The notes beneath the pieces are model-generated. The model was not told the origin of the DNA and ran no database searches. It saw only the letters and a list, made by a program, of their open reading frames with translations. A program made the position numbers and the translations under genes. From positions 186,001 to 250,000 of the forward strand of contig NIVC01000024.1 in NCBI GenBank assembly GCA_002269645.1: a DNA stretch of 64,000 nt, written 5' to 3'. The stretch is from Macrostomum lignano (taxonomy: Eukaryota). Shown here piece by piece: positions 48,501-59,790 of this stretch (the stretch's first letter is position 1; each line of letters opens with the position of its first letter).

Positions 48501-50276
48501 TAAATGGGCTGATGATTTTAGGGATTCTTGGCTAATGATTTTAGGGATTCTTGGCTAATGATTTTAGGGATTCTTGGCTAATGATTTTAGGGATTCTTGG
48601 CTAATGATTTTAGGGATTCTTGGCTAATGATTCTAGGGATTTTTGGCTAATGATTTTAGAGATTCTTGGCTAATGATTTTAGGGATTTTTGGCTAATGAT
48701 TTTAGGGATTCTTGGCTAATGATTTTAGGGATTCTTGGCTAATGATTTTAGGGATTCTTGGCTAATGATTTTAGGGATTCTTGGCTAATGATTTTAGGGA
48801 TTCTTGGCTAATGATTTTAGAGATTCTTGGCTAATGATTCTAGGGATTTTTGGCTAATGATTCTAGGGATTTTTGGCTAATGATTCTAGGGATTTTTTGC
48901 TAATGATTTTAGAGATTCTTGGCTAATGACTCTACAGATTCTTGGCTAATGATTCTAGATATTCTTGGCTAATGATTCTAGAGATTCTTGGCTAATGATT
49001 CTACAGATTCTTGGCTAATGATTCTAGAGATTCTCGGCTAATGATTCTAGAGATTCTTGGCTAATGATTCTAGAGATTCTTGGCTAATGATTCTAGAGAT
49101 TCTTGGCAAATGATTCTTAGGGATTCTCGGCTAATGATTCTAGATATTTTTGGCTAATGATTTTAGAGATTCTTGGCTAATGATTCTAGGGATTCTTGGC
49201 TAATGATTCTAGAGATTCTCGGCTAATGATTCTAGAGATTCTTGGCTAATGATTCTAGATATTTTTGGCTAATGATTCTACATATTCTAGGCTAATGATT
49301 CTAGAGATTCTTGGCTATAATTCTAGAGATTCTTGGCTAATGATTCTTAGGGATTCTCGGCTAATGGTTCTAGATATTTTTGGCTAATGATTCTAGGGAT
49401 TTTTGGCTAATGATTCTAGAGATTCTTGGCTATAATTCTAGAGATTCTTAGCTAATGATTCTTAGGGATTCTCGGCTAATGGTTCTAGATATTTTTGGCT
49501 AATGATTCTAGGGATTTTTGGCTAATGATTCTAGAGATTCTTGGCTAATGATTCTAGAGATTCTTAGCTAATGATTCTTAGGGATTCTCGGCTAATGATT
49601 CTAGATATTTTTGGCTAATGATTCTACATATTCTTGGCTAATGATTCTAGAGATTCTTGGCTATAATTCTAGAGATTCTTGGCTATAATTCTTGAGATTT
49701 TTGGCTAATGATTCTTAGGGATTCTCGGCTAATGGTTCTAGATATTTTTGGCTAATGATTCTAGGGATTTTTGGCTAATGATTCTAGAGGTTCTTGGCTA
49801 ATGATTCTAGGGATTCTTGGCTAATTATTTTACGGATTCTTGGCTAATGATTCTAGAGATTCTTGGCTAATGATTCGAGGGATTCTTGGCTAATGAATGA
49901 TGATTTTCAGTGATTTTGGTTAGTAATGTGAACATAAATTTTGGGATATAAAGTGACAAAAATTAAAAACTTGAGCAAGTTAGTAGACTTTAGTATAATT
50001 ATCTACCTGAAAGAATTTAGAAACTCGACTTGTCTCCTCCAGCTTAGCCTGCTTTGGCTGGCTGGTCTGTGCAGCAGTTCTGGAGTTACCTGCAGACAGT
50101 GCAGAAGCGGGCTGCTTGCCAACACGCCTGCCAATGCTGGCACTGGATGCTGATGTTGAACTAGAAGCCACTCCCTGGGCCTGAGCAAGTGAATTTTGCT
50201 TCACAATGGGTGCAGCCTTGCATACTACATCTGGAGGTGAGCTGTGGCTGCCACCATCAAAGTCAAATGCTGACAT
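43733..50276 (-). CDS. WAPL: Wings apart-like cohesin release factor, ~776 aa, 5 coding exons
   Basis: Exons 50276-50007, 48482-47954, 47201-46751, 45187-44609 and 44234-43733, GT-AG and in phase (2331 nt). Motifs FADDVRYLMDGL, LSLGTAALFYALSRDR, WFKEAIRLQRGLDH, FDLTLLSLGVLINLAE and HMEDSVVAAYAGLLLCCL. Confidence 0.92.
44265..44525. repeat. 22-bp minisatellite GTGCCTGTCAGGCTGTTTGTGT-type (WAPL intron 4)
   Basis: Direct periodicity; related to the 47222-47872 array. Confidence 0.9.
45482..46690. repeat. (GACA)n / GACAGACAGAGGACAACACA compound repeat (WAPL intron 3)
   Basis: Direct periodicity. Confidence 0.95.
47222..47872. repeat. 22-bp minisatellite GTGCCTGTCAGACTGTCTGTAT (WAPL intron 2)
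   Basis: Direct periodicity. Confidence 0.95.
48507..49900. repeat. 23-bp minisatellite GGCTAATGATTTTAGGGATTCTT (WAPL intron 1)
   Basis: Direct periodicity. Confidence 0.95.
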
Positions 50277-50672
50277 TTGTTTGCCTTTTTCAATAATTTG
50301 AGGCTGACGTGCTGCTGTAGGACTTAAGATTAATGTTTGGGCTGTAGGATTTAGCAGTAAAAAGTGTATTGAGTGGTTTTTTCAAGTATTTCAAGAGATT
50401 TAACTCTTTGCATGCAATCTAACATTATATCTAATGTGTAAATCTCAACTGGTCAATTAGAATTTGTTAGTAGGGCCTAGACCAAAAATGATTACATTTG
50501 CCCTAATAGGCAGATATGCAACCAAAAACTCAGCTGCAGCTATTGTGTGGCATATTTGAAGGCTACATACATATGGCTATTCAGTCCAATGACTTGGGGG
50601 TTGCCATACATATCCTTAATTACCCAAGCTAGTGCTGGCACTTGTTTTAAAGTTGGGTGAACTGAAGCAATG

Positions 50673-51458
50673 GGCTCATTCCATATAAGATAGACATATT
50701 TGGAAAATAGAAAAAAGTCAATATTTTTGCTTGCCATTGCCTAATTAGCCTATTTTTTTACCAAATGTTTATATTGTGCAATATATACAATCTAAGAATA
50801 AAGGAATGGTAAAATGTTGGATTAGTATGTTATCAATTGGCAAAAAGTCATTTTTGTAAAAATTTGGACATTTTTTGAAGCAAAAGACATCATTAAGATT
50901 TTGTACCTTTTAAAAACAAATAGAAAGCTTTTGAAGGTTGAAACAAACTATAGATAAAAGTATAGTACTTGTATCATCAGATAAAAGCATTGGTGACCAA
51001 ATAATCTATTATATTTTTAATGTTTTAGTACCTCAAAGTTACTGAATTGACAGAAAAAAATATGTTACGACCATAATGTTATGACCATAAGGCTGCCTTT
51101 TCTTTTGTATCTTTGTTGCCTTTTGAGTTTATATATTCTAATAAAAGAGTATGATTTCTAAAGATGTTCTTAGTCAAATTTTAAAAATGTATTGCAAAAT
51201 ATCAAAAATGAAAAATGTTATAAGACTTTTACCTTTTAGTTTCTATATGTCAAAAATCCTGTCGTTATGACCATAAGTGTCATTTAAGGTTTAATAGCAT
51301 CTATACTAATGATGATATCTATATGAAACTCTATAAATATATTCTAGACAAAAGAATCTTTCATTTAAAATATTGGTTTAGTATATTCTATTATTAGATT
51401 TCATTTTATAAGTAAAAATAACCTGTCATGTTACGACCATGCTTATATGGAATGAGCC
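50673..51458. mobile_element. 786-bp non-autonomous DNA transposon with 17-bp TIRs and 4-bp TSD
   Basis: TIR GGCTCATTCCATATAAG / CTTATATGGAATGAGCC; TSD AATG (50669-50672 and 51459-51462); four subterminal GTTA(C/T)GACCAT motifs; second copy at 1-308. Confidence 0.88.
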
Positions 51459-51990
51459 AATGCAGAGTTCAGTCTCTTGCTCCAAGTGGGTTAAGAATTG
51501 AACCTCCAACCTTTCAGTTGTGTCATTATATTAACCACTAGACTAGAACCTCTTAGTAGACCAAGCATCAAAGGGAGATTTAGAGCCAAGGTTAAGTAAT
51601 TGCTTAAAAGGAGGCTTTGATACTAAAAAATAAAGGGGATATAACCAATTAATCAAATAAGCAAGCACTCAATTTTTAGATAATTGATAAATCTAGAAAT
51701 TAATAATCCACTTATTAACTAATCAGTTTTTTTGCCAATAGATAAACTGATGATAAACAAGGCAATGCTTATTTAGCTGGTACTGGTCAAAAAAGCTTGT
51801 TCTTATTTAGCTAGTATTGGTCAAATAAGTTTATCACTATTCATTCAACTGGCAATATTACTCATTGCCAATCAAATAAGCTTGTAATTATTTAGCTAGC
51901 TGATATTCATACATGTGCAACCTCCAAAATTCGGTCGGCCATGCGACTTAGTTTTAACAAAAAATGTGACATAGTTTTGGCCAAAAATGG

Positions 51991-52101
51991 GACTTACCTG
52001 TGAAAGAAACCCTAAAGCAAAATTAACGCAATTTTGGATAAATGGCAGGAGTAACTATGACTGTCCTATAAGGGCTAAATGCCTCGTCATCTAATTAGTA
52101 C
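51991..52101 (+). other. Second copy of the 111-bp 28S-like module, without the MITE TIRs
   Basis: 103/111 identical to 26497-26607, with the first 40 nt identical. Confidence 0.85.
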
Positions 52102-53335
52102 TACATCTTCATTTAATCATTCTTTGAGCTAGGCATTTTTGCAACTTATCTTGGTTGGCCACCAAATCGATCAGCCAGATCGGCTGACTCAGCTGACTAT
52201 TGTGCATGTATGCTGGTATTTATCTATTTTAGACATCTAGGCCTAATAAAGTTAGACCTAGAGCATAATATAAGTCCTAGGATAAAAGATTATAGAATTT
52301 TAAAAAAGAAATAATTAGTAAATCAAATAAAAATCTTTAGATTTCTACTAACCATTTAATTCACCAAATAGAGAACTTAAACACAGCTGTGGCCTATAAT
52401 GTTGGAGCTTATGGGTATATCTACTATGTCTGTTAAGCTAACACATGTACAGCACATAATATCATGTACCTTGGCTTAGGCCTAGTAATTAATCTGCACC
52501 CTCATGCCTCATTCAAAATTTTCTAGATATGTACCTGGGTGGTAGATTTTACCAAATTTTCTGGTGCAAATAGACTACTTCTCTAGCACACCTAGTGTAA
52601 TTGACAATTGAAATTGACAATCAATTTGACACATGGCCTAGTAGTATCTATGTAGATTCCATTCCCTTGATGAATGATGACTTAATAAGTATTATTCTAT
52701 TAAATTTAAGAATTTTGCTGATTTTTATGATCCATAAAAGCCATTAAAAGGTCTATCTAGGCTTCAGCCATTCCAAATTGAATTGGGTAACTTGGTAAGC
52801 TAGATCATACATTTTATAAAATTACTAATTAATTAGCATGAAATATAAATAACACTATAAAATTCTGCATACATCTGCGTTCAGACTTCAGTGAGATCAA
52901 GATAAGAGAATAGGCCTAGGCCCTACTTTGACTCATTGATGTTACGTCACTGGCGAGAGAACGAACCAGTCTATCAGCCAATATAGACATTAAATGCATA
53001 ATAGGAGGCAGGCAAAAATTCAGCTGTTTTGATAATTTTTGCAAGCAAGGGGTCCTTGAATTTTTGTAGGAATCGTAAACTCATTTTAGTGCACGCTGTC
53101 TATTGTATTTAAAACAAATGTATTACTTCTAGATTCGTAATTTTTTCTCTTTCTCGGGTTTAAGCCTATTATGTTTTTAATTTAGAGTATTATTTTACTG
53201 TAAAAAAGTCATTAAAATGATTTAACTTTCTATCTTTAGTGGCAGTGGGACTTTCATATTGAGGGATCACTATAGTCTGGTGACTTCGGTAAGAGGTGAA
53301 TATTGCTGAGCAACAGATTCGAGTTGTTAAAGATG

Positions 53336-53527
53336 CAGTAGCGCAACCAGAAATTTGTCGAGTGGGGAGCGGATTTTGGAGGGTAAAGACCCCACGGGGG
53401 GTGGAGAGAGTGGAGGCTTTGTATTTTGGCGAAAATTCGCTTGTTGGTCTCCCCGGTGATTTTTTTCTGGTTTCCGCCTGGGGGGGGGGCGATAGCCCAC
53501 CGAACTCCCCCCCTGGTTGCGCCACTG
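53336..53527. mobile_element. ~190-bp MITE with 15-bp TIRs
   Basis: CAGTAGCGCAACCAG ... CTGGTTGCGCCACTG (1 mismatch), hAT-like CAGTG terminus. No TSD recognisable. Confidence 0.6.
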
Positions 53528-54130
53528 GAAATACACTTTATATAGTTAAACAAAATACTACTTTGGTAAAGAATGATACATGTACCACAAACTCTGGACA
53601 ATGCTGAATTTCGAGAGAACGTCGTAGTGGCGCAAATAAATATCCTGTCCTAGTGAGAAATTACATCATTACTAGAAACTTCACACAGATGCATTGGTAA
53701 ATGTATACATGTACTTTCATACAGATACTATAGCAATGAAAATCGATCTGTTTTGTGTGTTGCAGGCACAGCAATTGATTTCATTGCTGGCCTGATTAAT
53801 ATTCGAAAAAATATGTACTACGATCCCCGTGTACATGTTGGTACATGTACATGTTTTACGAGTGTTTGTAATAGTAGTACGAGCGTATCAATGTATACAT
53901 ACTATACATGTATTACACAGCCATACACGTGTTTTATTCAGTTAGTTATGCTACCGTAAATGTCAGTAAACTAATTAATAAGTCGATTAATCGAATTCAA
54001 TTGCCTCAATCATGACGGAATTGAGTTAGGCTAGATACACTTTGTATTAATAGTGCAGTATACTTGCATTTGAACATTTAACAATGTAATAGCACAACAC
54101 CAGTGTATCCGTCTGTTATTGTTGCCACGA

Positions 54131-55764
54131 CTAATCAGTGACATCAGGATGCCTCAGCAGCTCCTCTTTACGTCCTGAGTCCTTTACATCAAACAGCTGC
54201 ATGCTGGTTCCCGTATGGTAGCCCCCAGGATAACTGCCACTGCCGCTTACGCGGCCTCCTCCTCGGCCGCCGCCGCCGCCATAGTCGACAATTTCAAAAA
54301 CTCGATTGCGAGAGCGCAACAAATCAAAGCCGCGCATTACCGTGTTGCGTCGGCTTAACGGAATCTGGCGGAGTACGGTGCTGCGCCGCTCTTGGAATCT
54401 TTGATGAGGAGTCAGCAGGGGTGTCAGGGATCATTGCTCAGTTGGCCAAGGTTGTCAACATAGACAACTGAAGTATTCGAATACATGTAGAAAGATGCTA
54501 AATGCTCGATTTCTTAGAAATAAGCTGCAAGTAGGGGTGTTCGGGGTTTCGGGGTCGGGTCGGGTTTCGGGGTTTGCCCCGAACCCGGAAAAAATGGAAA
54601 CCCGAACACCCCCTAGCTGCAAGTCGGTGAGGAATTCGTATATCTGTCGCATCGCCAGTGTATTTAGTATGTAAGTCGGCATGCAAACTCTTTTTACTTC
54701 AATTGGGCCAAGATAAAGAATCCTCCAGCTCATGGCTGCGAGCCGGATGAGAGAGGAATGAGAGAGAATGGAAGATCTTCTCCTAGAAATAAGAGAGGAG
54801 AGGAGAGACGAAAGACGAAATGTGAGAAAAGAAGAGAGAAGATAACAGGGAGAGAAGAGAGAGAAAGAGAGAGAGAGGACAGGGGAGAGAAGAGGGGAGA
54901 GAAGAGAGAGGAGAGAGACAAATTCAGTGAAGAGTCCGATTTCTCGCGAGCGTACTAAATGCACTAAGTGATGCGACAATTACGTTCCTTCAAATCGAGT
55001 TTGCGACCTTCAGTTGTCCATGGGTGTCAATTGGGGAATCGCTAACGTATATGGGAACAAGAATCGCACCAGAAGTGAACTAAGAATAATCACAACAAAG
55101 CAATCTTATACTATAAAAGAAAGGAGGGTTGTAGCCTCAGTGATTAGATCGCGTCGGACTCGCGACTAAAAGGTCGGGGGTTCGATTCTCGATCCCACTC
55201 GGAACAATTTGTGTCCTTAAGCAAGACAGTGAACTTTGCATTGCTTCAGTTCACTCAGCTGTAAAAATGGGTGCCAGCATTAGCTGGGGTAATTGAGGGT
55301 GTGTGGAAAAGTAAATTGTCAACTGGGACTCACTTCTTAGCCGAGGCCAGCTCGCACGTACCCATAGCCGCTGCGAGAGATCCCAGCGTTAAAAACAAAA
55401 TCCTCATGGCCACGTGCTTGACAATGTAGTGCACGCCCGGGCAGTGGGCATCCATCGGTCTGCCATCTTGAATGTCGGCGCATTTGATGCTCAAAGTGAC
55501 GCCGAGAATTTTCACCGGCCTAGCGTAGAAGCTGGTGTTGCGGAAATGCAACGCCCGACTGTTGGCGTCGCTGCTGGTGTTCTGCCGCCAGCGCAACTGC
55601 GCCAGCTTCCGAAGTCGCCAGTCGATGGTCTTCAGAAATTTGATTGGCGACATTGACGGAGTTTCGCCCAGGAGGGCCAGTTGGTAGCGATCGCTGCTCT
55701 TGGCCTCGGCTGGGGTGCTCAAGACGGCGGCGCAGGCTAGGGCTATGATGCAGGAGGCTGACAT
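54131..55764 (-). CDS. Hypothetical single-pass membrane protein, ~232 aa, 2 exons
   Basis: Exon 55764-55334 encodes a signal-peptide-like MSASCIIALACAAVLSTPAEA and a hydrophobic VAMRILFLTLGSLAAAMG, with donor AA|GTGAGT. It joins in phase to 54398-54131 via a weak AAG acceptor. An alternative acceptor near 54735 would give a short tail. Confidence 0.45.
54532..54615. mobile_element. 84-bp hAT-type MITE
   Basis: TIRs TAGGGGTGTTCGGG / CCCGAACACCCCCTA, with a perfect 8-bp TSD GCTGCAAG (54524-54531 and 54616-54623). Confidence 0.9.
55123..55300 (+). mobile_element. tRNA-derived SINE with CORE-like central domain
   Basis: tRNA-like head with B box GGTTCGATTCT, followed by GTGTCCTTAAGCAAGACAGTGAAC...TGCTTCAGTTCACTCAGCTGTAAAAATGGG, which resembles the MIR/CORE-SINE core. 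Confidence 0.65.
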
Positions 55765-56000
55765 TGTTGACTTCACGGATATTGTTATTAAATCTAGTTT
55801 GATTGCTCACTCGCTCAGTATGTAGCCAAAGTAATTAAATTTAGTTAGGAGAGTTGCATTCAGCATAAACTTTAATACTGTAATATCAGCAACAACTTGT
55901 AGTCTATGGTCTTTGTTTCTAGAGTAGATGGGGGCTGCTATTGGCTCAGAGATATAGGTAAAGCTAGTAGTCACTAGAACATGTAAATAGCTCTCACTGC

Positions 56001-58135
56001 ACACTGATTGCAGGTTTATTGGCGCAGCACTGACTGTATATTTGGCACCACACTGACTGTAGGTTTGGCGCCACACTGATTGTACGTTTGGCGCCACACT
56101 GACTGTAGGTTTGGCGCCACACTGATTGCAGGCTTGGCGCAACACTGATTGTAGGTTTGGCACCACACTGACTGTAGGTTTGGCGCCACACTGACTGTAG
56201 GTTTGGCGCCACACTGATTGCAGGCTTGGCGCAACACTGATTGTAGGTTTGGCACCACACTGACTGTAGGTTTGGCGCCACACTGACTGTAGGTTTGGCG
56301 CCACACTGACTGTAGGTTTGGCGCCCCACTGATTGTAGGTTTGGCGCCACACTGACTGTAGGTTTGGCGCCACACTGATTGTAGGTTTGGCGCCACACTG
56401 ATTGCAGGTTTGGCGCAACACTGATTGTAGGTTTGGCGCCACACTGATTGTAGGTTTGGCGCCACACTGACTGTACGATTGGCGCAACACTGATTGTAGG
56501 TTTGGCGCCACATTGATTGTAGGATTGGCGCCACACTGATTGTAGGATTGGCGCCACACTGATTGTAGGATTGGCGCCACACTGACTGTACGATTGGCGC
56601 CACACTGATTGTAGGTTTGGCGCCACACTGATTGTAGGTTTGGCGCCACACTGATTGTAGGTTTGGCGCCACACTGATTGTAGGTTTGGCGCCACACTGA
56701 TTGTAGAATTAGCGGCACCCAGATTGTAGGTTTGGCGCCACACTGATTGCAGGTTCGGCGCAACACTGATTGTAGGTTTGGCGCAACACTGATTGCAGGT
56801 TTGGCGCCACACTGACTGTAAGTTTGGCGCCACACTGATTGTAGGATTGGCGCCACACTGACTGTACGATTGGCGCCACACTGATTGTAGGTTTGGCGCC
56901 ACACTGATTGTAGGTTTGGCGCCACACTGATTGCAGGTTTGGCGCAACACTGATTGTAGGTTTGGCGCCACACTGATTGTAGGTTTGGCGCCACACTGAT
57001 TGTAGAATTAGCGGCACCCAGATTGTAGGTTTGGCGCCACACTGATTGCAGGTTCGGCGCAACACTGATTGTAGGTTTGGCGCAACACTGATTGCAGGTT
57101 TGGCGCCACACTGACTGTACGATTGGCGCCACACTGATTGTAGGTTTGGCGCCACACTGATTGTAGGTTTGGCGCCACACTGATTGTAGGTTTGGCGCCA
57201 CACTGATTGTAGAATTAGCGGCACCCAGATTGTAGGTTTGGCGCCACACTGATTGCAGGTTCGGCGCAACACTGATTGTAGGTTTGGCGCAACACTGATT
57301 GCAGGTTTGGCGCCACACTGACTGTAAGTTTGGCGCCACACTGATTGTACGTTTGGCGCCACACTGACTGTACGTTTGGCGCTACACTGATTGTAGGTTT
57401 GGCGCCACACTGATTGTAGGTTTGGCGCTACACTGATTGTAGGTTTGGCGCCACACTGATTGTAGGATTGGCGCAACACTGATTGTAGGTTTGGCGCCAC
57501 ACTGATTGTAGGTTTGGCGCCACACTGACTGTACGATTGGCGCAACACTGATTGTAGGTTTGGCGCCACATTGATTGTAGGATTGGCGCCACACTGATTG
57601 TAGGATTGGCGCCACACTGATTGTAGGATTGGCGCCACACTGACTGTACGATTGGCGCCACACTGATTGTAGGTTTGGCGCCACACTGATTGTAGGTTTG
57701 GCGCCACACTGATTGTAGGTTTGGCGCCACACTGATTGTAGAATTAGCGGCACCCAGATTGTAGGTTTGGCGCCACACTGATTGCAGGTTCGGCGCAACA
57801 CTGATTGTAGGTTTGGCGCAACACTGATTGCAGGTTTGGCGCCACACTGACTGTACGTTTGGCGCTACACTGATTGTAGGTTTGGCGCCACACTGATTGT
57901 AGGTTTGGCGCTACACTGATTGTAGGTTTGGCGCCACACTGATTGTAGGATTGGCGCCACACTGATTGTAGGTTTGGCGCCACACTGATTGTAGGTTTGG
58001 CGCCACACTGATTGTAGGTTTGGCGCCACACTGATTGTAGGTTTGGCGCCACACTGATTGCAAGTTTGGCGCCACACTGATTGTAGGTTTGGCGCCACAC
58101 TGATTGCAGGTTTGGCGCCACACTGACTGCAGGTT
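56001..58135. repeat. 23-bp minisatellite GGTTTGGCGCCACACTGATTGTA (~90 units)
   Basis: Direct periodicity with higher-order variant blocks (GAATTAGCGGCACCCAG at ~56706, 57005, 57211, 57741). Confidence 0.96.
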
Positions 58136-58515
58136 CATTGGCCGCTTATTGTAGATTTTTCAGAAAAGATTAGAAATATCTGCAATCCTATCTAGTAAAC
58201 TTCACAGTAATTATCTCTGTCTGTCGTACATGCACATAATTTGCTGCATCTGCGATTAAACACGGAATACTGTCAGTAACTGTGATCATAAAACTGAAGC
58301 GAACTCACTTCACAAGGCAGTCAACTATTGCATGCAGCACTTGAGCATAATCCGTTTCTCACTAGCTGCCCTGGATGGGGAAAATAGTCGACATTGGCAG
58401 GTGAATCTTTTCAATTTCTTTTCGAGGCCTTGCAGTGCAGTTTGAGTCATTTTCAACAGCACAACAGGCTAGCCTAGAGTAGTGCAGCTGCACCCTGTGC
58501 CATGGGGTCGAACCT

Positions 58516-59303
58516 CACAGTCAGTGTGGCGCCAAACCTGCTATCAATGTGGCGCCAAACCTACAATCACTTTGCGCCAAGCCTACAATTATTTTGGCGC
58601 CAAGCCTACAACTATTTTGGCGCCAAGCCTACAATTATTTTGGCGCCAAGCCTACAACTATTTTGGCGCCAAGCCTACAATTATTTTGGCGCCAAGCCTA
58701 CAACTATTTAGGCGCCAAGCCTACAATTATTTTAACGCCAAGCCTACAACTATTTTGGCGCCAAGCTTACAACTATTTTGGCGCCAAGCCTACAACTATT
58801 TTGGCGCCAAGCCTACAATTATTTTGGCGCCAAGCCTACAACTGTTTTGGCGGCAAGCCTACAATTATTTAGGCGCCAAGCCTACAAATATTTTGGCGCC
58901 AAGCCTACAATTATTTTGGCGCCAAGCCTACAACTATTTTGGCGCCAAAGCCACAATCAGTTTGGCGCCAAGCCTACAATTATTTTGGCGCCAAGCCTAC
59001 AACTTTTTAGGCGCCAAGCCTACAATTATCTTGGCGCCAAGCCTACAACGTTTTAGGCACCAAGCCTACAACTATTTAGGCGCCAAGCCTACAATTATTT
59101 TGGCGCCAAGCCTACAACTATTTAGGCGCCAAGCCTACAATTATTTTGGCGCCAAGCCTACAACTATTTTGGCGCCAAGCCTACAATTATTTTGGCGCCA
59201 AGCCTACAACTATTTTGGCGCCAAGCCTACAATTATTTTGGCGCCAAGCCTACAACTATTTTGGCGCCAAAGCCACAATCAGTTTGGCGCCTAGCCCACA
59301 ATC
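58516..59303. repeat. 23-bp minisatellite TACAATTATTTTGGCGCCAAGCC (~33 units), an inverted relative of the 56001-58135 array
   Basis: The reverse-complement unit matches the left-array unit at 19/23; the first units are nearly identical to it. Confidence 0.93.
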
Positions 59304-59678
59304 AAAGAGGCAAGGGAAAAGGGAAAAATCTGTCAATTTGTTCACTTCCCAATAACACTGGCAACAGAGAAAAGCTGGCTCGCAAAAAGCAGTATTAAAA
59401 ATCTAAAAATAACTTTCAGCAAAAACTCTGCCACTGAGATTCCGAGGGTCAGTCTATACGTGGCGGGTTCAGGAGGACATTGGGCATTGATTTGGTTACA
59501 GGCAGGATTAGCGGAGTGGCATTACCTGCCCCAAACAATGAGTATAAGAATGGAAGTAAATGGATCAAACCCAAACCCAAACCCATGTCCTTTTTTATTG
59601 ATCCAGTTCCGCAGCAGGCCCCAGTTCTAAAATTCTCGTATCGATTCAGCCTGCCGTGTCTATATTTAGGTTTTGAAA

Positions 59679-59688
59679 GTCACGTGAT
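59679..59688. promoter_or_regulatory. E-box/CLEAR-like GTCACGTGAT upstream of RASEF
   Basis: Motif read directly. Confidence 0.4.
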
Positions 59689-59790
59689 CAGTCGAAGATC
59701 TGAGCCTTCGGAATGTCTGCACTAGCGCCTTTAACCAACCTCTGCTCCCGCTCGGTCATTGTTTGAGCAGAAGTGCCGCGGGCTCAGATA

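Noticed and set aside
58318-58335. GTCAACTATTGCATG, loosely like the 3' end of a flatworm spliced leader
   Set aside because: The match is short and imperfect, with no following GT donor, Sm site or SL stem-loops.
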